From: an uncultured Alphaproteobacteria bacterium
GTDB lineage: Bacteria > Pseudomonadota > Alphaproteobacteria > Rhizobiales > Beijerinckiaceae
Length of the DNA stretch: 64,000 nt
Direction: 5' to 3'
Assembly: GCA_963775575.1 (NCBI GenBank)
Contig: CAVZJG010000003.1
Span: forward strand, 492,963-556,962
The notes beneath the pieces were generated by a model. It saw only the letters and a list, made by a program, of their open reading frames with translations. It made no database searches and was not told the origin of the DNA. The number at the start of each line of letters is the position of its first letter. Position 1 is the stretch's first letter. Position numbers and translations under genes: made by a program. Below are positions 13,188 through 22,386 of the stretch, piece after piece.

Positions 13188-13309
13188 GAACGCTCCGCCT
13201 CGGGGCTGGATTCTCTCGGCTGGCGTTCTAGAGCATGACGGGGGAAAGGCAAACCCGGCGCGAACGGCGGCATTGCGGAGCGGGCGCGGCCGGCGGCGCG
13301 CCCGATGCG

Positions 13310-13345
13310 GCGCGGCCGCGCGCGCCTAGGCTCGCGCGGCCGCGC
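13310..13345 (-). terminator. GC-rich hairpin downstream of recA (possible terminator or REP)
   Basis: 13-bp perfect stem GCGCGGCCGCGCG / CGCGCGGCCGCGC with a 10-nt loop. There is no clear U-tract. Confidence 0.3.
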
Positions 13346-13429
13346 CCGATCGCTCGACGACTTTCCGTCTCCTTGGCGGGTGGGCGCGCTTCTCGTAAGG
13401 GGGACGCCGGCGCGCCCAACGGAGAGGGT

Positions 13430-14518
<1,089 letters not shown>

Positions 14519-14851
14519 CCTTCTCTCACGGTCGGCGCGGTCGAGGCAACTGCCGCCTCGGGCGACCCCCTGGAAAAGAGATATGTGCATGTTTTGTTCT
14601 CCTGCGCAAGTTCTTTTTTGTCCCGATTATGCACTTGACATAATGAGGGCAAAATGTTAGCTAGGTCAACAGAATCGAACTTTCCTGAAACCACAAGCCG
14701 AGGCATCTCGGTTGTTGCGGAGTGCTATCTAGGATTGCAGTGCTCTCAACGCGCGCTCACGTTGGCGGCACTCGCGGCGAATCGTGGTGCTAGGAATCAA
14801 GACATATTAGCGGCTTTTATGGCCGAGTGGGCGAAGGCGCTCTTCGATGAT

Positions 14852-15331
14852 TCATTTGTTGAGAACAAGCTTCAGGAGTTCCATAGAGGCGTTACCTATA
14901 TCTGAAAACACTTCGTCAATGTCCGTTACTGACAATGGGGTAATGGATGTCTTAAGTTTGCCGCGCGAAGAGAGTTGTAGCATGACAACCTGATCGTCTT
15001 GATATGCCAATTTGTTGTGAGCCAATTTATTACGACCGTCTTGTGCTTTCTTCAACATGATTCGTACATTAGGGAATCTTTGCAGATGGGGATAATCGTC
15101 TGCTAATAGGGTTACGAGACTTTCTAAGATATCCATTCGTTGTGGCCACGAGAGATGGGCAACAATTATTGCCGATTTTGGGTCAAATGGGTCGAGGGCC
15201 ATCAATTTGGTAATCGCCAACTCCACAACCAATTCGAGGCCGCCCCAGATATAGGTGACTTTCCCAAGAGCTATCAGGTATGGTTCGGGAAGCGTCGTTC
15301 GCGTCGGATCGAATGGAGGATATTCGTCCAT
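14852..15331 (-). CDS. hypothetical Rx4H (HEPN-like) protein, IS passenger, copy A
   Basis: 159-aa low-GC ORF with helix-rich-looking sequence. The RNKLAH motif (R-x4-H) lies in the C-terminal half. Paralogous to 18351..18839. Confidence 0.6.
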   Translation of the reverse strand: MDEYPPFDPTRTTLPEPYLIALGKVTYIWGGLELVVELAITKLMALDPFDPKSAIIVAHLSWPQRMDILESLVTLLADDYPHLQRFPNVRIMLKKAQDGRNKLAHNKLAYQDDQVVMLQLSSRGKLKTSITPLSVTDIDEVFSDIGNASMELLKLVLNK

Positions 15332-15398
15332 GGCAACCCCTAGCGACTCCTCGTCTAGAGCCGGCGATCAATTTGGAGCCGAAGAGACGGAGCGCCGC

Positions 15399-15536
15399 AT
15401 GAATGACGCTCTTCGCCGCGCACTTAACACGCCCCCCAGGCCGCTCAAAGAGATTGTCGGCAAGGGGGAGCGTGCGACAGCGCAGCGCGAGAGTCGAGTC
15501 AGAAAAGCTGCTCGATCAAAGCCAAAATCGCCCTGA
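15399..15536 (+). CDS. small basic protein, partner of the Rx4H protein, copy A (ORF open from ATG 15330)
   Basis: Core MNDALRRALNTPPRPLKEIVGKGERATAQRESRVRKAARSKPKSP is conserved with copy B, and several differences are synonymous. GGAG lies 6 nt upstream of ATG 15399. The longer start at 15330 overlaps the divergent gene start as CATG. Confidence 0.55.
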   Translation: MNDALRRALNTPPRPLKEIVGKGERATAQRESRVRKAARSKPKSP

Positions 15537-15553
15537 TCTTGGCGCGGTTCCTG

Positions 15554-16513
15554 TTAAACCGCGCGAGCCTGTTGCGCTGAACGAGACGGTCGATAGGTCA
15601 ACCGCTTCCCTTCCGCGCCCTTGACCGCGCGCCGAGCGCGTTCCGTGTCGTCAACGCCAAGGCCGATGCGGTTCGAATAGCGGAAGTCGAATTCGCTCAA
15701 ATACGCCGGCAAATGGTTCTCGCCGCAGTGCTGGTAAATGCCGGTCATGCCGCGCTTGAAGATGCTAAAGAAGCCCTCGACCGTGTTCGTCGTCGTCTCG
15801 CCGCGCGCGTATTCACCCGATCCGTGATTGACAGCTTCATGCTCGGCAAACTTCTTGCCGATCGGCTTGTAGAACTGCGCTTCGTCCGTGTTGAGTGTCG
15901 AGTCCAAGACGACGTGTTTGCCGATAACGGTCTTAAGCGTCTGGACGGTCAAATCCTCGACCTTCACGGACACGGCACGGCCACGGCGCTCGACCATCGT
16001 CAGCACCTTGCGCTTGGTCGCCGTCCCGCGCTTGCCCATCCATCCCTTGCCGGAAACGAAGGTCTGATCGGGCTTGCCAATGAACGTCTCGTCAATCTCG
16101 ACCGTCTTGCCTTTGCCGCCCAAAGGCTCCGGATCGCGATCGGCCATCGCTTCGCGAACGCGATGCGCAAGAAACCACGCCGAACGATAGGAGCCGAGCC
16201 CGAGCGTCCGCATGAGTTGATGCGCCGAAACGCCCTTCTTGCTCGCCGCCATCAAACGGAACGCCAGCGCCCATTTGTGCAACGGGACGTGACTGGACTC
16301 CATGACGGAACCGATCGTCACCGTGAACGGCTTTAGACAGGCGTTGCACTGGTACATGCCGGGCCGATGCGAGCCGCCCTTGATGAGGGTCGCCTGCCCG
16401 ATGACGCCGCAATGCGGGCAAACGGGCTTGCCGTCTGGCCAGCGGATCGACTCGAAATAGACGCGAGCCGCGTCTTCGTTGTTGAAAATCGGATTGGTGA
16501 GATCGAAGGCCAT
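15554..16513 (-). CDS. IS1595-family transposase
   Basis: N-terminal zinc ribbon (FESIRWPDGKPVCPHCG...YQCNAC) and a DDE_Tnp_IS1595 core (VEIDETFIG, LNTDEAQFY, TTNTVEGFFSIFKR). Confidence 0.9.
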   Translation of the reverse strand: MAFDLTNPIFNNEDAARVYFESIRWPDGKPVCPHCGVIGQATLIKGGSHRPGMYQCNACLKPFTVTIGSVMESSHVPLHKWALAFRLMAASKKGVSAHQLMRTLGLGSYRSAWFLAHRVREAMADRDPEPLGGKGKTVEIDETFIGKPDQTFVSGKGWMGKRGTATKRKVLTMVERRGRAVSVKVEDLTVQTLKTVIGKHVVLDSTLNTDEAQFYKPIGKKFAEHEAVNHGSGEYARGETTTNTVEGFFSIFKRGMTGIYQHCGENHLPAYLSEFDFRYSNRIGLGVDDTERARRAVKGAEGKRLTYRPSRSAQQARAV

Positions 16514-16680
16514 CGGAAACTCCTATGACCCGAACAATAGCAGAACGCGCGTATTATGTCAAGTGCATAATCGCCTTTTTTGTTCACGTTGCGCGTGGCG
16601 TAGCGAGGACAAACTAGGGATTTGCCCATGTCAAAGAGTTCAACGAAATCAGGACTGGACGGCCCTATCAACGGAGAATT

Positions 16681-18203
16681 GTAACTCCCAAGGCGTGGTG
16701 AGTCTGGAATGCCACAGTGTTTGGGAAACGGCATTGATATGCGGATTGTGGGAGACGGCGGCACGAGACTGTGAATCAAGGGTGGGATGGTTCTTCCCGC
16801 CGAAGTCGAGGAGTTGATAGCGTCTCTGAGGGCGGAGATCGCGGCGTTGCGGGCCGAGGTGGCCGATCTTCGTCGGCAATTGGGGCGGGACAGCTCGAAC
16901 AGTTCGCAACCGCCTTCGAGTGACGGGCTGCGGAAGAAACCGCGTATTGGAGGCAGTCTGCGCGGCCGTTCGGGCAAGACGAGCGGCGGCCAGACGGGTC
17001 ATAAGGGCGGCACGCTGCGGCAGGTCGCCGATCCCGATTGCGTGGTTGGGCACGCGGCGTGCGCATGCGGCCATTGCGGTTGGCCTCTCGAGGCGGGGTC
17101 GGCGATAGGGGTCGAGAAGCGGCAAGTGTTCGACCTTCCCGAGCGCCCGCTGCGGGTCACGGAACATCAGGCCTCGATTTACCGCTGCGCGCATTGCCGG
17201 GGCGTGACGAAGGCGGTTTTTCCCGAAGGCGTGGTCTCGCCTGCCCAGTATGGCGAGCGCATCAAGGCCGCGGCGATCTATCTCAATGTCCAGCAACTCA
17301 TCCCCGAGGATCGGACCGCGCAAGCGCTGAGCGATCTGTTCGACGCGCCGCTGATCTGTCCGGCCAGCCTTGTCGCTTGGATCGCCAAGAAGGGACAAGA
17401 GTTGCGGCAAGTTTACCAGGCCATCGGCGAGCGCGTGGCCGAGGCGAAGGTTCGCCATCTCGACGAGACGGGATATCGCATCGCCGGTAAGCTGCAATGG
17501 CTGCATACGACTTCGAGCCAAGCCTTCACCTTCTATCGCGCCGACGAAAAGCGCGGCGCGATCCCGCAGGATTTGAAGGGGGGCGTCGTCGTGCACGACC
17601 ACTTCCTGCCTTATCGTCGGCTCGACGCGGTCGAACACGCCTTCTGCAACGCCCATATCTTGCGCGAACTCCAGTGTTTGATCGAGTTCGACAAGGAGCC
17701 GTGGGCCGAACTCATGCGCGACACGCTTCGGGCGGCGAATATCGCCGTTCATGAGGCGCGCGAGGCGGGCGCGAAGGCGCTGGAGCCCAAAGTCATCGCG
17801 GCCTTCGTCGACCAATATTGGGCCGCGGTTCGGCTCGGCCTCGCTTTCCATCGCCAGTTGCCCGCACTCCACGCCAAGGCCAACGCGAGCGGACGAACAA
17901 AGCAGCGCCCCGGCCGCAATCTGCTCGAAAGGCTGAAGACGTTCAAAGTCGAAACGCTGCGCTTCCTCACCGACTTCGACGTGCCCTTCACCAACAACCT
18001 GGCCGAACAGGACCTCAGGATGATGAAGGTCAAAATGAAAATCTCGGGCTCGTTTCGAACCCTCGACGGCGCCCAAAGCTTCGCGCGCCTCAGGTCAGTC
18101 GTCTCAACCGCGAGAAAACAGGGGGCCAACATCCTCAAAACCCTCGCCGACCCGCCAACACAGATCGCGCTCGCCCTCAACGCCTAGACGGCTTGGGAGT
18201 TAC
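16681..18203 (+). mobile_element. IS66-family (ISBst12-like, single-ORF) insertion sequence, 1,523 bp
   Basis: Terminal IRs GTAACTCCCAAG (16681-16692) and the reverse complement at 18192-18203. An 8-bp direct repeat GGAGAATT flanks both ends (16673-16680 and 18204-18211). Confidence 0.88.
16787..18187 (+). CDS. IS66-family transposase
   Basis: 466 aa with an N-terminal coiled coil (LRAEIAALRAEVADLRRQL), cysteine pairs, and HLDETGYRIAGKLQWLH, typical of IS66 TnpC. Confidence 0.9.
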   Translation: MVLPAEVEELIASLRAEIAALRAEVADLRRQLGRDSSNSSQPPSSDGLRKKPRIGGSLRGRSGKTSGGQTGHKGGTLRQVADPDCVVGHAACACGHCGWPLEAGSAIGVEKRQVFDLPERPLRVTEHQASIYRCAHCRGVTKAVFPEGVVSPAQYGERIKAAAIYLNVQQLIPEDRTAQALSDLFDAPLICPASLVAWIAKKGQELRQVYQAIGERVAEAKVRHLDETGYRIAGKLQWLHTTSSQAFTFYRADEKRGAIPQDLKGGVVVHDHFLPYRRLDAVEHAFCNAHILRELQCLIEFDKEPWAELMRDTLRAANIAVHEAREAGAKALEPKVIAAFVDQYWAAVRLGLAFHRQLPALHAKANASGRTKQRPGRNLLERLKTFKVETLRFLTDFDVPFTNNLAEQDLRMMKVKMKISGSFRTLDGAQSFARLRSVVSTARKQGANILKTLADPPTQIALALNA

Positions 18204-18350
18204 GGAGAATTTGACGCTCACGCCGATGTGGTCGGCGGCGACGGCGTCAGGGGTTCGATTGCCCTGGCGATGATCAAGGCTGGGGTAGGCTCGCTCTTGG
18301 AAACGGAATCGGGCAGGAATTTTTCCGTGATGGAAACGGAAGTTTATGTT

Positions 18351-18839
18351 TTAGATATTCTTGAAGCGTGTCTCCCTCAGTATCGCGCTACAAATATGTA
18401 GCTCAAATATATCTATCAACTTACGTATCTTGAAAATCGTTCTCTCAAGTTGGTCCAGCGTCACCTCCTCCCTCTCCATGGTAAGTGATGATTTTGCTGT
18501 AACGGTATTCTTATATATTCTTTCCCCTGTTAATTCGTTAAATTGCATATGCCACGAATCATGAACTATACAATTCCTTTGTTCACCCACGCCTCGCGCA
18601 AATTTCTTGAACTCTGATAGGTCTTCTATTAGCGTTCGAGGAAAGCCTTTTTCTGCGCATAGCGAAATTAGAGCTTGTAGCCTTGGATTCGGTCCAATCA
18701 TCTGCGCAGTAAGACATGCAGTTAAGCGTTGTGGCGCTCCGCATAGGTTCCATATTTGCGCGTCAATTCTTGCCTCCAAAATTGCCCATTCGACCGCGAT
18801 TTTCCCTATGTAGGCGTATTGGGCGGCGTCTTCGGGCAT
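18351..18839 (-). CDS. hypothetical Rx4H (HEPN-like) protein, copy B (ORF open upstream to 19082)
   Basis: Aligns with copy A: GKIAVEWAILEARIDAQIWNL vs GKVTYIWGGLELVVELAITKL, and QRNCIVH vs GRNKLAH. The start at 18839 gives 162 aa, like copy A. Alternative starts are 18878 and 18971. Confidence 0.55.
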   Translation of the reverse strand: MPEDAAQYAYIGKIAVEWAILEARIDAQIWNLCGAPQRLTACLTAQMIGPNPRLQALISLCAEKGFPRTLIEDLSEFKKFARGVGEQRNCIVHDSWHMQFNELTGERIYKNTVTAKSSLTMEREEVTLDQLERTIFKIRKLIDIFELHICSAILRETRFKNI

Positions 18840-19017
18840 TGGCGTGATGCTTGTTATCGCTCCGGGATGCCCGATCATCACGGCCCTAACGCCGCTTCGC
18901 TTCTTGCGGAGTTCGGTTGGGTCTGGCAAGTTTGAGAACTTGGCGAAATACTTATCAATGTCGCTAATCATGAAAAATGTGCCCCAAGATTTCTCCGATG
19001 GAGAAATCACACGCCGC

Positions 19018-19155
19018 ATGAACGCTGGCATCCGTCGCGCGCTGAGCCCGCCGCCGTCCCCGACGAAGGAACTCGTCGGCAAGACGGAGCGTGCGACAGC
19101 GCAGCGCGAGAGTCTAGTCAGAGAAGCGTCTCGATCAAAGCCAAAATTGTCCTGA
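19018..19155 (+). CDS. small basic protein, copy B (ORF open from ATG 18970)
   Basis: MNAGIRRALSPPPSPTKELVGKTERATAQRESLVREASRSKPKLS is homologous to copy A. Confidence 0.5.
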   Translation: MNAGIRRALSPPPSPTKELVGKTERATAQRESLVREASRSKPKLS

Positions 19156-19159
19156 ATCT

Positions 19160-19232
19160 TTCGCGGTTTCCGTTAGACTGCGCCAACTGCCAGCATCCGC
19201 TAAACGGCAACAGTCTGCGCTCCCTTCCCCCC
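19160..19232 (-). pseudogene. relic of the 3' end of an IS1595-type transposase gene
   Basis: DNA similarity to 15538-15625 (GCGGTT.C.GTTA.AC.GCGC ... GCT.AACG...CCCTTCC) stops where repeat copy A begins. Confidence 0.4.
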
Positions 19233-19240
19233 TCCCGGGG

Positions 19241-19600
19241 CTAGCGGATTCACACATCCAAGTTCGATATCTTCCGGGTCCGCTGTGCCTGATCCGTGCT
19301 CGGCGTCAAGGCCAAGCCCGTTTCACGGGTCGCTCGCTCACGCTCGCGAGCCTTGACTCCTGCGCGCGGCTCAGGCTGTCGGCTACTGTGATCATTGCTG
19401 CGCAAGCCGGCCATGCGGCCGGCTTCGCTCAGCAACGATCGCAGTAGCAAGACCGCCGCCGGAACGGCGCTGGCGCCTCAAGGCGAACGCGTAGCGTTCG
19501 TCCGGGCGAAGCGGGCGAAGCGCAGCGGAGCAGCCGCGGAACGGCGGCCGAACGCTACGCGTTCGCCTGGACTTGACGGCGACGCGCCGATGCGGCCGTC
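19241..19600. repeat. structured ~330-bp repeat, copy A
   Basis: Aligns with 24142-24455. A long identical stretch is CTTCCGGGTCCGCTGTGCCTGATCCGTGCTCGGCGTCAA. Several hairpins carry compensatory changes. Confidence 0.75.
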
Positions 19601-19616
19601 GGCGCTCGCGCTTCTC

Positions 19617-20726
19617 TCACGCGCGCGCCGCGACGCACGGCGGCGGCGCCGCCTCGTCGAACTTGCCCACGAACGCCCGGTTGCGGCCGGCGTGCTTGGC
19701 CCGGTAGAGGGCGGCGTCGGCCGCGGCGATCAGGCGCTCGGGATTGACCTCCCGGCCGACGGCGACGACGCCGCCGATGCTCAAGGTGACGTTCTTGGCG
19801 GCGGCGGAGTCGGTGTGGACGATGTGCAGCGCCTCGATCGCCATCCGCAGACGCTCGGCGATCAACATGGCGCCCGAGAGCGGCGTGTTGGGCATGACGA
19901 CGGTAAATTCCTCGCCGCCGTATCGCGCGCAAAAATCGGTCTCCCGCCACAGCGTCGCCGCGATCGCCTGGGCGATCGCGCGCAGGCATTCGTCGCCCTT
20001 CTGATGGCCGTTGGAGTCGTTGTAGAGCTTGAAAAAATCGACGTCCATCATCAGCAGCGACAGGGGCGCGCAGTCGCGCGTCGCGCGCTTGGCCTCTTCG
20101 GCGAACTTGACGTCGAACGATCGCCGGTTCGCCAGTCCGGTGAGGCCGTCGCGGGTCGCCAGCGCCTCCAGATCGGTTTGCGCTTGTTTCTGGGCGGTGA
20201 TGTCGCGCAGCGTTTGCACCACCGCGATCAGCTCGCCCGCGTCGTCGTAGATCGGCCCGGCGTCGATCGCCAGATACAGCCGGTGGCCGAGTCTCGGCAT
20301 CAGGCACCAGTTTTCCGCGGAAACGCCGAAATCGCTCAACCCGAGGCTGCCGTCGCCCTGATAAAGCGCGCGGATTTCGTTGAAACGGCGCGCCAGCAGC
20401 AGATCGGACAGGCACGGCCGACGTTCGGGGTAGAAGGCTCGCCAGTGCTCGGACGTGCCGACGACCTCCTCGGCGGGCACCCCGGTCAACCGTTCGCAGG
20501 CTTTGTTCCAAATCAGCACACGGCGATCCGCCCCGATGACGAAAGTCGGAACAATGAGATGCTCCATCAAGCTGATGGCAAAGCCGTGGTCCCTCTCCGG
20601 AACCATCGACCGAATTGCTAGCTTCTCCGGCAGCGGGGGCATAGAGGCGATGTTAGCGCAAAAACTGGTTAAGGATTGATCAAAAGCGCCGCTGAATTGG
20701 CCGCTGTCGCGCGATGCGCGCGCCAT
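19617..20726 (-). CDS. PAS-GGDEF diguanylate cyclase
   Basis: PAS-like N-terminal part (VLIWNKACERLTG), then RDGLTGLANRR, DVDFFKLYND, YGGEEF, RAKHAGRN. The start is uncertain: 20726, 20642 or 20567. Confidence 0.85.
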   Translation of the reverse strand: MARASRDSGQFSGAFDQSLTSFCANIASMPPLPEKLAIRSMVPERDHGFAISLMEHLIVPTFVIGADRRVLIWNKACERLTGVPAEEVVGTSEHWRAFYPERRPCLSDLLLARRFNEIRALYQGDGSLGLSDFGVSAENWCLMPRLGHRLYLAIDAGPIYDDAGELIAVVQTLRDITAQKQAQTDLEALATRDGLTGLANRRSFDVKFAEEAKRATRDCAPLSLLMMDVDFFKLYNDSNGHQKGDECLRAIAQAIAATLWRETDFCARYGGEEFTVVMPNTPLSGAMLIAERLRMAIEALHIVHTDSAAAKNVTLSIGGVVAVGREVNPERLIAAADAALYRAKHAGRNRAFVGKFDEAAPPPCVAARA

Positions 20727-20799
20727 GGCGTGCGGCCGGCCGGGAGCGGCGCGGCGCCTCGCCGCCCGAGACGGATATGGCGCGGCGTCGGACCGATCG

Positions 20800-22386
20800 T
20801 CATAATGCCGGCGCCGTTCGCCCGACCGACTCGTAAACGTCATACGAGTCGGCCTCGCCCGCCACGTGAGCAAGAAGACGATAGGAACGCGCGAGAGCGT
20901 CGTCGACGACGAGCCAGTTCGCGGTGAGCTCGCAATAATATCGTTGTCTGCGATCGGCGACGACGACGTAACGAGGCCGGGTCGCCAGAGCTTCGGCAAG
21001 GCGGCCGAGGCCGGCGTCGGGGAAATCGCAAATCATGTGCATCGGGAAAAAGCGCGCCGTCGGCGGCGACAAATTCGTCGCCGTATAGAGCCAGACGCCG
21101 CGATTGACGACGAAGAGCTTGTCGCCCGGCGCTGGCGCGCTGGCGCGGATGGCCTCGGCGGCCTCGGCGATCGCGCGCGTCTCTGGGCGCGCCTTGAGTT
21201 CGCCGGCGCGAATATAGAGCGCCGCTGCGACCGTTGCGAGCCCGACCATCGCAAGGCGGGCCGCTGGCGCGATCCGCGCCAAGGCCGGAAGCGCGAAGAT
21301 GACGAGACCGCCCGTCAGCAACAGGCCCGGCGCCAAGGTCGGCCCGAGATAGTTTTCGTTGATCGAGCGCTGAATCGCCACGGAAAGGCTGGCGAGCGCG
21401 AACCACAGCCCGAGAGCGCCGACGGGAACGCCCGGCGCCGCCCTGGCGAGCGCGCTTCGGCGCATCAACGCGAGGCAAGCGAGGCCGAATATCGGCATCA
21501 CGCTCCGCTGAAGCGGCAGCCACCGCATGAGGCCCGCCGCGAAGGAAATATCCTCGACGTCGCTCGCGGGACGGCGCAAGGCGTTGACAATCGTGTCGGC
21601 GATCAACGGGCCGGCTGCGCCGCGCCAGGCGAAATAGAGGAGAAAGCCCAGCGGCGCGACGAGCGCGGCGAGCGCGAACGCCGCCGCAACCTCAATCCTG
21701 CGGGGCGCGGCGTCCGGCGCGCGCAGCACAATCGCCAGCAGCGCGATGGCCTCGAAGGCGGCGGTCTGCTTGACCGCGCCGGCCGCGCCGATGGCGAGGC
21801 CCGCCAGCGCGGCTCTCTTAAGGATAGGCAATGGCGACAGCGCGGCCAGGAACGCCAGCGTCGTCAGCGCGGCGAGCGGCGGATAGGCGTCGTTGCCCGC
21901 CACGGCCTCGGAAAGGAACGGGTAGAGGATCGCGGCGAACATGCCGAGCGTCGTGGAGCCGAAGCGACGGCCGAGAAAAAACAAGTTCGTCGCCGCGACG
22001 GCGTCGCTGAAGATCGCGACCGCCCGCAACGCGTCGAGACTAGGGCCGAGCCACAATTCGGCGACCGCGACAAGCGCGAACAAGCCCGGCGGCTTGACGT
22101 CGAAAGCGCCGACATAGGGCGGCGCCCCGCGCGCCCAGAGATGGCCGACCTCGATGTAGAAGGGGGCGTCCGGACCATCCAGTCGCCACAGCGGCAGGCG
22201 CAGCGCGGCCGTCCAGACCAGCGCGGCGCCGAGGACCGCGAGCGCGAAGCCGACGCGGCCGACGCGCGGATACGGGCTTCGACGAGCGGCAAAGGCCGTA
22301 TCGTCGATCGAACCGACGGGAGGCGCGCTTGCGGGCGCGTCGCGAACGCGCCGACGAGCCGTCGTTGCAAGTCCGCGAGCGCTCAT
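20800..22386 (-). CDS. polytopic membrane protein, GT-C/ArnT-PMT-like glycosyltransferase (paralog 1)
   Basis: 528 aa from MSARGLATT. Many hydrophobic segments. The first loop is LPLWRLDGPDAPFYIEVGHLWARGAPPYVGAFDVKPPGLF. ATG 22386 overlaps the upstream stop as ATGA. Confidence 0.7.
   Translation of the reverse strand: MSARGLATTARRRVRDAPASAPPVGSIDDTAFAARRSPYPRVGRVGFALAVLGAALVWTAALRLPLWRLDGPDAPFYIEVGHLWARGAPPYVGAFDVKPPGLFALVAVAELWLGPSLDALRAVAIFSDAVAATNLFFLGRRFGSTTLGMFAAILYPFLSEAVAGNDAYPPLAALTTLAFLAALSPLPILKRAALAGLAIGAAGAVKQTAAFEAIALLAIVLRAPDAAPRRIEVAAAFALAALVAPLGFLLYFAWRGAAGPLIADTIVNALRRPASDVEDISFAAGLMRWLPLQRSVMPIFGLACLALMRRSALARAAPGVPVGALGLWFALASLSVAIQRSINENYLGPTLAPGLLLTGGLVIFALPALARIAPAARLAMVGLATVAAALYIRAGELKARPETRAIAEAAEAIRASAPAPGDKLFVVNRGVWLYTATNLSPPTARFFPMHMICDFPDAGLGRLAEALATRPRYVVVADRRQRYYCELTANWLVVDDALARSYRLLAHVAGEADSYDVYESVGRTAPAL

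Larger units (their letters stand above)
14622..16575 (-). mobile_element. IS1595-family (ISNwi1-like) element with passenger genes, 1,954 bp
   Basis: A 21-bp perfect IR core CGATTATGCACTTGACATAAT (14624-14644) matches the reverse complement of 16553-16573. The right end reads GGCGATTAT (ggnnatTAT). An 8-bp direct repeat TTTTTTGT flanks both ends (14614-14621 and 16576-16583). An intact IS1595-type transposase lies inside. Confidence 0.8.

Noticed and set aside
14591-14621. Possible alphaproteobacterial LexA (SOS) box upstream of recA, since several GTTC tetrads are present.
   Set aside because: The established motif is GTTC-N7-GTTC (GAAC-N7-GAAC). Here the spacings are N10, and N6 in the reconstructed pre-insertion site, so I cannot call an SOS box.
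18243-18272. tRNA-like T-arm (GGGGTTCGATTGCCC) that might mark a tRNA gene or att remnant.
   Set aside because: The stem pairing is imperfect, the loop length is wrong, and there is no acceptor stem, CCA context or upstream D or anticodon arms.
16628-18420. An ~80-codon + strand ORF (MSKSSTKSGLDGPINGEF|DAHADVVGGDG...) that becomes continuous if the IS66 element and one TSD copy are removed.
   Set aside because: It has no recognisable family, it overlaps the 3' end of the Rx4H gene on the other strand, and such ORFs arise easily by chance. It is kept only as a note.
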